DNA of 26,810 bases from a virus (Duplodnaviria; Caudoviricetes): IMG/VR virus record IMGVR_UViG_3300029183_000037, positions 1 through 26,810 of that record. The stretch is one strand, 5' to 3'. The notes under the pieces were generated by a model. It was given only the letters and a program-made list of their open reading frames with translations. It had not been told where the DNA came from and did not search any database. Made by a program: the position numbers and the translations under genes. Below, piece by piece: positions 1-7,478 of this stretch (the first letter of the stretch is position 1; each line of letters opens with the position of its first letter).

Positions 1-17
1 GTTTCCCAGTCACGATC
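1..17 (+). other. Library amplification primer (GTTTCCCAGTCACGATC), not genomic
   Basis: Matches the SISPA/'primer A'-type tag built on the M13 forward sequence; its exact reverse complement ends the window. Confidence 0.92.
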
Positions 18-241
18 ACGCTCTGTTGTCTATATTTTTCATTTTGGCCTTGTAGCGAGTGGTTGTAGGCCAACAATATAGGAATATAGACAACATGAAG
101 CGGAGATCGGTGACGAAATTGCTAAAAATCGTCGCTAGGGTAGCGGGTAGACACATTCAATACCATAGTGTTGTTTTTACTCCTGCCAATTACGAGCCAG
201 GAAAGAAGCGAGGCGGGGTGATGGCTAGGATAGCTTGTCAG

Positions 242-285
242 AATTGAATATTTTAAGGTTCAGCATTGGCAATCTATGTTATACT
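242..285 (+). promoter_or_regulatory. Promoter: 21-bp element AATTGAATATTTTAAGGTTCA + 17 bp + extended -10 (TGT-TATACT)
   Basis: The element at 242-262 recurs exactly at 24249-24269 with identical 17-bp spacing to a TGn-TATAyT box (280-285 here). Confidence 0.7.
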
Positions 286-293
286 GGTTGCAA

Positions 294-364
294 GTGGTCG
301 GGGATTCTATATTAAAAGTTTTGTGAATCCCTCATTAATTTACAAAGATTTTAGTCCCGACCAC
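294..364 (+). other. Long hairpin in the 5' leader of the LexA-like gene
   Basis: GTGGTCGGG (294-302) pairs with CCCGACCAC (356-364); 311-328 pairs with 338-355 with G-U pairs and one mismatch. Confidence 0.55.
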
Positions 365-375
365 AAAATTTTATT

Positions 376-666
376 ATGGATGCAATAAAAACAACTGACT
401 GGCAAGAATATATGAATAGCCGCAAAGGAAAGCATAAAAACACAGCAACCACCCTACAAGGCATTCTCGACTTTATTGTCAATTATGCTATAGATAATGG
501 TTACATGCCTCACAAAAAAGAAATAGCTGAAGCACTTAATATAGACATTGCAACTTGTTATGCTCATCTGAAAGAGGCAAGGGGGCTGGGCCTTTTAGAG
601 TGGGTGGATAGGCAAGAACGCACATTCACCATGAGAGGAGTTTATTATGTTGATGATAGAATTTAG
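376..666 (+). CDS. LexA-like winged-HTH DNA-binding protein (DNA-binding domain only)
   Basis: ILDFIVNYAIDNGYMPHKKEIAEALNI...YAHLKEARGLGLLE matches the LexA N-terminal pattern (ILxFI..NGYPPS.REIAEALG..HL..L); there is no peptidase domain. Confidence 0.75.
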   Translation: MDAIKTTDWQEYMNSRKGKHKNTATTLQGILDFIVNYAIDNGYMPHKKEIAEALNIDIATCYAHLKEARGLGLLEWVDRQERTFTMRGVYYVDDRI

Positions 667-853
667 CCCCCACCTACAAGGCAACCCATTTATGACTATT
701 TTGTTTGGTTTTTTATTGTTCGCTGCTGTGCCAATGTTAATCGTTTCTATAATTTACTTCACGCAACCTAATCAGGAATTTAAGGACAGGTTTGCTGAGA
801 TAGAACGGCGAGCGCAAGAATTGAAAGACGAGGGATGGGATGGATATGACTAG
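647..853 (+). CDS. Small single-TM membrane protein
   Basis: GAGGAG RBS 6 nt upstream; hydrophobic segment FMTILFGFLLFAAVPMLIVSIIYF followed by a charged tail. Confidence 0.7.
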   Translation: MLMIEFSPHLQGNPFMTILFGFLLFAAVPMLIVSIIYFTQPNQEFKDRFAEIERRAQELKDEGWDGYD

Positions 854-1247
854 CCAAAAACTAACACCTAAAAAAGAATGGCATGATAAATTTCTAGCTC
901 AGTTGCGATTAGTGCCCAATGTTACACTGGCTTGTGATAAGGCAAAAATTAGTCGTGTTACGGCATATGAGCATCGTAAAAAATTTGATGGTTTTGCGGC
1001 AGCTTGGAGTGATGCTATTGATGAATCAATTGAGCGATTAGAATATGAGATGCATCGGCGAGCCTATGAAGGTGTGGACAAACCAGTTATTTATCAAGGT
1101 GAAATCACAGCCACCTACAAGGATTATTCTGATACGTTAGCTATTTTTTTGGCTAAGGCACATCGCCCAGAAAAATATCGTGAACGGTCGGAAATCAAAA
1201 CAGAAGGGGAGCTAATAATTGAGGTGAGGTATGGAGATGACCAATAG
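840..1247 (+). CDS. terS: Terminase small subunit
   Basis: FLAQLR..PNVTLACDKAKISRVTAYEHRK..FAAAW..A..E..RRAYEGVDKPVIYQG..YSDTLAIFLAKAHRPEKYRE is a typical HTH-type TerS pattern. The start may be ATG 846. Confidence 0.82.
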   Translation: MDMTSQKLTPKKEWHDKFLAQLRLVPNVTLACDKAKISRVTAYEHRKKFDGFAAAWSDAIDESIERLEYEMHRRAYEGVDKPVIYQGEITATYKDYSDTLAIFLAKAHRPEKYRERSEIKTEGELIIEVRYGDDQ

Positions 1248-1338
1248 AGAGATAATCTTTTTTATTGTTATGATGGCCGTGTTGATTGGCCTTGTAGGTG
1301 GTGCGATTTGGGTACAATGGCAGATAAGGAAACGGTAA
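1237..1338 (+). CDS. 33-aa single-TM protein (not in ORF track)
   Basis: MTNREIIFFIVMMAVLIGLVGGAIWVQWQIRKR; GAGGT RBS upstream; fills the gap between terS and the next gene. Confidence 0.6.
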   Translation: MTNREIIFFIVMMAVLIGLVGGAIWVQWQIRKR

Positions 1339-1892
1339 CAAAATATGAATCAGCACATGATGCGCTTCCGCGATTCAACCAAGTTGTATTAGCTCCCGTC
1401 AAGGGAGTTTTTTGGCTGGTATGGCTTACGGCGTTGGGTGCGTTGCTGGCCGCTGTTGCCTATGTCACAGACAATATAATTTGGTCGGCATTGTCTATCA
1501 TGTTTTTATTTCCCGGTGCATTGAGCCTGGTATTGTTTATTTATCAGGTTCATATCTATAATCGAAAGCTGCTAGGTAGCGGCCGCTATGAGTATCGTGA
1601 ACGGCAAGAAAACACACCAGCTACAAGGCAATTACCAACTCAACAAGATGGAAGCATCCCCTATTTCCCCAGGGGCTTTACGCAATTGGAGTTAGATAAC
1701 TTCCGGCAATATGTGAGCAGAGGCAATACAACTATTTCAGGTCGTCCGTTGGCTAATGCTGGTGTGCTGAATAGTAAGGACGATAAGAGGCTGATCGCAT
1801 TAAAAGATTGGCTGAAGGTTGAAAAAATGGGGGACAGTGGGCATAGTGGTGCAATGGAATTAAACGAGAAAGGAAGAGAGACATTTTCATGA
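1317..1892 (+). CDS. Hypothetical membrane protein (2 TM plus soluble C-terminal domain)
   Basis: Two hydrophobic helices in the N-terminal half; ATG 1317 is preferred over TTG 1308. Confidence 0.7.
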   Translation: MADKETVTKYESAHDALPRFNQVVLAPVKGVFWLVWLTALGALLAAVAYVTDNIIWSALSIMFLFPGALSLVLFIYQVHIYNRKLLGSGRYEYRERQENTPATRQLPTQQDGSIPYFPRGFTQLELDNFRQYVSRGNTTISGRPLANAGVLNSKDDKRLIALKDWLKVEKMGDSGHSGAMELNEKGRETFS

Positions 1893-2083
1893 TAATATAT
1901 TTTGGTGATTTGAATTGGAAGACAAAGCGCAAGGTGCTGGGGTTACGTCGCCGCAATCCTGATTGTACAGTTTGGATTGACCCTGATTATATGGTTCCTC
2001 AAGCATTAGCATCTACTAATGATGGGACAATTCCGCGCAGTAATGGATATAAAAAAGTGGTAGGAATTCCTGGCACAAAATAA
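1889..2083 (+). CDS. Hypothetical protein
   Basis: ATGA overlap with the upstream stop codon. Confidence 0.55.
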   Translation: MIIYFGDLNWKTKRKVLGLRRRNPDCTVWIDPDYMVPQALASTNDGTIPRSNGYKKVVGIPGTK

Positions 2084-2108
2084 CCCCTACCCTAACGGAG
2101 CAAATGCC

Positions 2109-2318
2109 ATGACTGAGCAACTACCACCAGGACAGACAGACGGACAGACAGATAAAATCGGCAATATCATGGATTGGTTTCGTGGTTTGTTCTTTAGACC
2201 AACGACGCAATACTATGAAGCACACTTCACGCAAAAACCTTCATTTGGTGAAGGTGCAGAGGATGAAATCTATACCGATTTCACAACTGGCTTTGAAGTG
2301 TTTTTTGATGATGATTAA
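2109..2318 (+). CDS. Hypothetical acidic protein
   Basis: GGAG RBS upstream; tiles the operon. Confidence 0.55.
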   Translation: MTEQLPPGQTDGQTDKIGNIMDWFRGLFFRPTTQYYEAHFTQKPSFGEGAEDEIYTDFTTGFEVFFDDD

Positions 2319-2331
2319 AAAGGAGATTAAT

Positions 2332-2523
2332 ATGGATATTAAAGCAAGTTGGAAAGATAACTTTACCGACCGTGAAAAAAAACTTATCAATAATTGCACT
2401 GTTTATAAACAAAGCGATCCAGCGGGTTTACCTGGTCATAATCTTGCGCTTATTGTTGCAAAAATGACTGAGATGCTTGATTCTGTTGAAGCTTATTTTG
2501 ATCATATGAATGCTGTTGATTGA
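2332..2523 (+). CDS. Hypothetical protein (63 aa, MDIKASWKDN...)
   Basis: AAGGAG RBS before ATG 2332; this is the 3' part of track ORF 2182..2523. Confidence 0.7.
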   Translation: MDIKASWKDNFTDREKKLINNCTVYKQSDPAGLPGHNLALIVAKMTEMLDSVEAYFDHMNAVD

Positions 2524-2548
2524 CTGTGCCTTGTAGCTGTGTTATCAT
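2520..2548 (+). promoter_or_regulatory. Sigma70-type promoter TTGACT-17-TATCAT with extended TGn
   Basis: TTGACT 2520-2525, TG 2540-2541, TATCAT 2543-2548; the spacer contains a CCTTGTAG copy. Confidence 0.6.
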
Positions 2549-2584
2549 TCGCATGACGATTTGATTGGTACTCCTCCAAGCTCC

Positions 2585-2623
2585 GCCCCTCTTGACTTTT
2601 CCTAGCAAGAGGGGTATTTTTTT
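2585..2623 (+). terminator. Rho-independent terminator directly upstream of terL
   Basis: CCCCTCTTG (2586-2594) pairs with CAAGAGGGG (2606-2614), followed by TA and T7. Confidence 0.7.
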
Positions 2624-2627
2624 GTCT

Positions 2628-3908
2628 ATGCGATCAAGTATATCTTTACCACTGCCTACATTGGCGCAAGCTTCTCCTATAAATTCCAAAGCAAAAAGAA
2701 AAGTATTAAATTGTGGACGAAGGTCGGGCAAGACTGAATATTTCGCTAGTTTTGAATCTGTCCCCCGCTTCTTAGGTTTTAGAATTGAATGTAATATTGT
2801 TGATGGAGAGGTGTCAGTTTCGCATATACCAATACAAAGAAAATCCAGAATATTATACGGCGCTCCGACTGATGATCAGACGATGGTCTATTGGGAAAAA
2901 ATAACAAAGCACCTTCATCCACTTATTAAGGGCGGTTTTGTTTATCGCAATAAGACGAAGAGATATGTAGAATGGTTGTCAGGGGGAGAGGGGAGAATAA
3001 AAGCAAAAACGGCTTGGGATGCTGATTCATGGCGTGGCGATCATGGCGATTTACTTTTATATGATGAATGGGCTTATATGGATGAAGAAGCTTTCTCTAG
3101 CGTTGGTATCCCTATGTTGCTTGATAATAATGGGAGTGCTATTTTTGGGAGTACGCCTAATAGAAAGAATCATCATTTTGCATATTTTAATCGTGGGATA
3201 GATGAGTTTGATAAGCGTTGGGAGTCGTTCAAATTCACCTCTCATGATAATCCTCATTTGAGCAAAGAGGCGTTAAGCGAATTAACCCAAGATTTGACCG
3301 ATGACAATTACCGCCAGGAAATCATGGCTGAATTTCTTGAAAATGAGGGGGCGGTATTTAGGAATATTGAGGCATGTATGAATGCACAACCTACAAGGCC
3401 AAATGAACATAAAGGACATCATCTTGTAGCTGGTGTGGACTGGGGGAAACATAAGGATTTTACTGTTATATCTGTAGGTTGCAGGACTTGCGGATATGAA
3501 GTTCATTTAGACAGGTTTAACAAAATTGATTATAGTTATCAGCGCGGCCGCTTGGCAAATATTATCAATGAATGGGGAATTGTTGATTCATTGGTGGAGT
3601 TGAATAGTATAGGTGAACCTAATTTCGAGGAACTGGAACGGGGTGATTTACCAGTTAGAGGATTTCAGACAACGGCCGGAAGCAAGCGTCCATTGATAGA
3701 GGGATTAGGTTTGGCACTTGAACGAGAGACATGGCAATTTTTAGATGTGCCAATCGCAACGGCAGAGTTAGAAGCGTATGAAATTAAAGTGCATCCAGTG
3801 ACAGGACACGCGACCTATTCCGCTCCGGCTGGTGTGCATGATGACACAGTTATGGCGAGGGCGTTAATGGTTCAGGCAGTAAATAGTTACATGCCTGCAT
3901 TTTTATAG
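2628..3908 (+). CDS. terL: Terminase large subunit
   Basis: Walker A CGRRSGKT, Walker B LLLYDE, coupling motif GSTP, nuclease motifs VAGVDWG and HDDTVMARAL. ATG 2628 is the likely start. Confidence 0.95.
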   Translation: MRSSISLPLPTLAQASPINSKAKRKVLNCGRRSGKTEYFASFESVPRFLGFRIECNIVDGEVSVSHIPIQRKSRILYGAPTDDQTMVYWEKITKHLHPLIKGGFVYRNKTKRYVEWLSGGEGRIKAKTAWDADSWRGDHGDLLLYDEWAYMDEEAFSSVGIPMLLDNNGSAIFGSTPNRKNHHFAYFNRGIDEFDKRWESFKFTSHDNPHLSKEALSELTQDLTDDNYRQEIMAEFLENEGAVFRNIEACMNAQPTRPNEHKGHHLVAGVDWGKHKDFTVISVGCRTCGYEVHLDRFNKIDYSYQRGRLANIINEWGIVDSLVELNSIGEPNFEELERGDLPVRGFQTTAGSKRPLIEGLGLALERETWQFLDVPIATAELEAYEIKVHPVTGHATYSAPAGVHDDTVMARALMVQAVNSYMPAFL

Positions 3909-3913
3909 GAGAT

Positions 3914-5134
3914 ATGATGGAACAAAAAATTTGGAAATGGTTCAGTTTGATATTGATAGTTGTTGGGGTGTTAGGGGTGATTATATCATCGGCTAGTAGC
4001 CAATCGATATATCCCGAATATATTATGAATATTGGCGATGGTGTCGATATTGGTTGTAATGGTGGGGAAGTTTTTTTGAGTGGCCAGACTCAGGCGGGTT
4101 TGCATATCGACTGTGATCCGCTGGCCACACCTTCACCACTGCCAACATCCACAGCAACCAGCGCCCCGCCCACGTTAACACCCGTTCCGACCAACACGTC
4201 AGTACCGCAGATGATTGTCAATGAATGCGCGGCCTTTGGTTGGTCAAAACTTGAGGCGCAAGGGTGGTGGCAACCTGACGCGGGCCACGTTCACTTGACG
4301 GCTTGCGTTCCTCTGTTTCAATCTGTTAGCGGGTCGTTCACGATTCCGGTTCGAGTAGTTCTTCACGACAACCCTGGGACGGTCAACTTCATGCGCCTTA
4401 GCAGTTCGGAGCTAGGGACAATCTACCAAGACAATACAGTTTCGTTCTCGTGCCCAGTGGGGACATGCTCGTTTTATTATGAATATTTGGCCGATGCTGG
4501 TGACTTCCAAGCGGGATGGGATGGAATTAGAATGTCGCTAAACATTCCTTCAGAGGGCAATATAGATCGCTGGTTTGCAAGTACAGATTACCCCATATGG
4601 GTAGGGAGTGGGCCACCCCCCCACCCGTGTTCTATTCCCGGTAGTCAGCTTGATCTATTTCAGGGTAAGGGATGGTATGAGTATAGCGATAGCGGGCAAA
4701 ATGAATACGCTACGGCGCGGCTTCATCCGTGCGACATGCCCCCTAACGACACAATAGAAGGGGCGCACCAATTCAGCACACGGGCCGGATCGAACGGCCT
4801 AAACGCTCGGCTTTTTGCTGCGGTCAATCGCTCTCATGGCGTTCCGGCCGCGCCGCCCTTTTGGCTTGAGGAGCCAGCTTTATCACCGGGGCCAATTATC
4901 CTCGACATTACGACAGGCTTGACTAGCTATTCAGGATTTACGATTGATGGTGGTACAGCTTCTATCGCGCCGGGTTGGAATACGGTCGCCGTTCACATCG
5001 ACCACGCGGGTTGTAATTGGCCCGGATGCACCCAAACCGAGCAGGATAGCAGTTTGACGGGCGTGCTGAAATACTGGTTTGATTACCAACCAGGCCCGAC
5101 AGCGATCAGCGTTACGGGGTTCTCCTCTGACTAA
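3914..5134 (+). CDS. Secreted Cys-containing protein with Pro/Thr-rich linker, function unknown
   Basis: N-terminal signal peptide, PLATPSPLPTSTATSAPPTLTPVPTNT linker, C-terminal PTAISVTGFS; visibly GC-richer than its flanks. Confidence 0.75.
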   Translation: MMEQKIWKWFSLILIVVGVLGVIISSASSQSIYPEYIMNIGDGVDIGCNGGEVFLSGQTQAGLHIDCDPLATPSPLPTSTATSAPPTLTPVPTNTSVPQMIVNECAAFGWSKLEAQGWWQPDAGHVHLTACVPLFQSVSGSFTIPVRVVLHDNPGTVNFMRLSSSELGTIYQDNTVSFSCPVGTCSFYYEYLADAGDFQAGWDGIRMSLNIPSEGNIDRWFASTDYPIWVGSGPPPHPCSIPGSQLDLFQGKGWYEYSDSGQNEYATARLHPCDMPPNDTIEGAHQFSTRAGSNGLNARLFAAVNRSHGVPAAPPFWLEEPALSPGPIILDITTGLTSYSGFTIDGGTASIAPGWNTVAVHIDHAGCNWPGCTQTEQDSSLTGVLKYWFDYQPGPTAISVTGFSSD

Positions 5135-6540
5135 TGACAGATATAAACTTGGAAGTCGAGGAAAAAGACGCGGATCGGCATGAAAACGCCGATACGTCTA
5201 TGTCGTCAGCGTCAGCAGCCAATACGCTGCTCGACGCTGACGGTGAACATGCCGGGATGCTCTTTCCTAGCGCGACGATACCAGTTGGGGCGACTATAAC
5301 CGTTGCTGATCTCCAAGTTTACGCTAACCAGACCAGTAACAAGACCGCCATAATGGATGTTCATTGCGAACTAGACTCAACGGGACTATTTGGGGGGAGT
5401 GATGGAGATATTAGCGATAGAACCATCACCACTGCCAAAACGGCTGTAAACGAAACTTACGCCAGCATCAACGAGTACAAAACAATAAGCATTGTTAGTG
5501 CCGTTCAGGAGGTTGTAGACGATGCGGCTTGGGCCAGCGGCAATGATATTGTCGTCATTATCAATGCGCTATCTGGCTGCGCCCTGCGGTTGCAGTCATG
5601 GGATAACACAGGCACAGAACATCCGCTTTTAGATATTACATTTATTCCGAACCAATCTGCGGGTGGTACTCTGACGCTGGCTGGAACTGTAGTCAAAACA
5701 GGAATAAAACCACTTGCCGGAACGTTGACAACAGTAGGAGCGATTGCTAGATTAACAGGCAAACCTATTGTGGGCACATTAACGACTGCCGGCAGTCCTG
5801 CGAAACAAACGAATAAATCATTTGCCGGAACGCTAACCAGTGCGGGGAATCTTGTAGTTGTTACGCTGAAATCTCTTGCCGGTACATTGACTAGCGCGGG
5901 AAGTTTGACGCGGTCGACCAGCACACCCCTACAAGGCACACTAACCTCATCAGGTTCACTATCAAAATTAACTAATAAAATACTAGCCGGAGCGCTTTCT
6001 TTTGCAGGTACTTTGGCGACTTCTCTTGTCTATGTGATTTCATTGGCTGGTACACTGACGACTAGTGGGGCATTATCACGCCAAACTAATAAAATAGTTG
6101 CAGGGGTATTGTCATTTAGTGGGGCATTAGCCAAGCTAACATCAAAAGCAATATCAGGAGCATTGTCAATAGCTGGCAACTTGGCGAGACAAACAAACAA
6201 AATAGTAACTGGTGCATTGACAACGGCAGGGGCAATAGTCCGGCAAATTGACAAAACGGTGGCAGGTGCATTATCATCAAGCGGGGCGATAGTGCGAAAG
6301 ATATCCAAAACCCTACAAGGCAATCTATCATTATCTGGTATTTTGTCCGCTGTACGTAGCACTATATCGTCGTATGTGATGGAATTGCATGAGCGCACTA
6401 ATATCTTCTTGTTAGAGGTCAAGTCAAATATTTATCAATTGCATGAGCGCACAAACTCGCTTATGTTACGTGTTAGGTCAAATATTTATAATCTGTTCGA
6501 GCGTACAAACTCGTTAGATATTGAAGATAAGGATAATTAA
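5134..6540 (+). CDS. Putative virion fibre: N-terminal beta-sandwich domain plus 13 x 18-aa repeats
   Basis: The N-terminus (AGMLFPSATIPVGATITVADLQV...HPLLDITF) resembles DNRLRE/CBM96-like domains. KxLAGTLTSxGxLxRxTN repeats span 5653-6360, with three (H/F)ERTN repeats at the C-terminus. Confidence 0.6.
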   Translation: MTDINLEVEEKDADRHENADTSMSSASAANTLLDADGEHAGMLFPSATIPVGATITVADLQVYANQTSNKTAIMDVHCELDSTGLFGGSDGDISDRTITTAKTAVNETYASINEYKTISIVSAVQEVVDDAAWASGNDIVVIINALSGCALRLQSWDNTGTEHPLLDITFIPNQSAGGTLTLAGTVVKTGIKPLAGTLTTVGAIARLTGKPIVGTLTTAGSPAKQTNKSFAGTLTSAGNLVVVTLKSLAGTLTSAGSLTRSTSTPLQGTLTSSGSLSKLTNKILAGALSFAGTLATSLVYVISLAGTLTTSGALSRQTNKIVAGVLSFSGALAKLTSKAISGALSIAGNLARQTNKIVTGALTTAGAIVRQIDKTVAGALSSSGAIVRKISKTLQGNLSLSGILSAVRSTISSYVMELHERTNIFLLEVKSNIYQLHERTNSLMLRVRSNIYNLFERTNSLDIEDKDN

Positions 6541-6541
6541 T

Positions 6542-7153
6542 ATGGAAGGCAAAATTTTTATAGGTGGTAATTTATATCCTCAAAAAATATCAGGATGTGT
6601 AAAAGCTCCTCTATTCTGGCATGTTAAAAATAGATTGCGGTGGGGTTATTTGTTTGGGCGATTTACTAATTGGTTAGCTAAGAAGTTTTCAAAATTTACT
6701 GGAGTGCCTACACTTACGGCTGAGTTAAGCGCAATCCATATTAAAATTAATGGCCAGAAAATAGATTATGGCATTGTAGGGTATCGGGTGGTGACAACGG
6801 CATTTGTCAATTTTATGGTAGATCAGCTCCAAACTGAAACCAGTCAATGGGGTGATTTCAAATATCATGATTCCGGCGTTGGTACGACTGCCGAAAATGC
6901 CAGCGATACGGACATTGAAACAACTGACGGCGAATCCCGCGCAACTGGTACACAAACTGAAGGGGGAGATAATATTTATGAATCGGTTGGCACAATTGCT
7001 TATACCTCAACGAAAGCTATTACCGAACATGGTCTATTTAGTCAATCAACGGGAACGACACTAATGGATAGAACTGTTTTTAGTGCTATTAATGTTGTTA
7101 ATGGTGACTCAATCCAATTCACCTATGATCTAACGGTGTCAAGCGGTGGCTAG
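6542..7153 (+). CDS. Fibre-associated/tail-collar-like structural protein
   Basis: GVGTTAE...AITEHGLF...GTTLMDRTVFSAINVVNGDSIQFTY is a pattern typical of phage fibre-anchoring proteins; AAGGA RBS before ATG 6542. Confidence 0.65.
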   Translation: MEGKIFIGGNLYPQKISGCVKAPLFWHVKNRLRWGYLFGRFTNWLAKKFSKFTGVPTLTAELSAIHIKINGQKIDYGIVGYRVVTTAFVNFMVDQLQTETSQWGDFKYHDSGVGTTAENASDTDIETTDGESRATGTQTEGGDNIYESVGTIAYTSTKAITEHGLFSQSTGTTLMDRTVFSAINVVNGDSIQFTYDLTVSSGG

Positions 7154-7478
7154 TAATAGAGAAGTAAAAGGCTCACCAGTTGATAGAGGGATTGGCGAAG
7201 AATATCCCTATCAATTCACATTGACTGATAGAATTCCATCAGGCACGAATGCCAATGCGTCAGAAACACTATATGAAATCAATCCTGATAATGATGTTGA
7301 GACGGACGTAACTGCTACGGCAATGACTGGCAGTCCTTCCGTTAGTTCGTCAGCCTATACAACTGCTGACTTTGTAGCGGCTCAATTGCAAGATGGTTAT
7401 CGTTATCGTCTCAATTGGGGATTCGACATTGATGGTGATAGATGGGATTGGAATCTATATATAAATGCGAGTGCATAA
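7146..7478 (+). CDS. Putative fibre-tail adaptor-like protein
   Basis: 110-aa acidic beta-rich protein with a GTG start overlapping the upstream gene; size and context fit small fibre adaptors. Confidence 0.5.
   Translation: MASNREVKGSPVDRGIGEEYPYQFTLTDRIPSGTNANASETLYEINPDNDVETDVTATAMTGSPSVSSSAYTTADFVAAQLQDGYRYRLNWGFDIDGDRWDWNLYINASA

Noticed and set aside
59-247. 62-aa ORF from the track
   Set aside because: No recognisable RBS or domain, and it overlaps strong hairpins; not supported as a gene.
242-262. SOS box upstream of the LexA-like gene
   Set aside because: GAAT-N8-GTTC spacing does not fit GAAC-N4-GTTC or CTGT-N8-ACAG.
2130-2152. GGACAGACAGA direct repeat
   Set aside because: It is a short in-frame duplication (GQTD twice) with no further copies.
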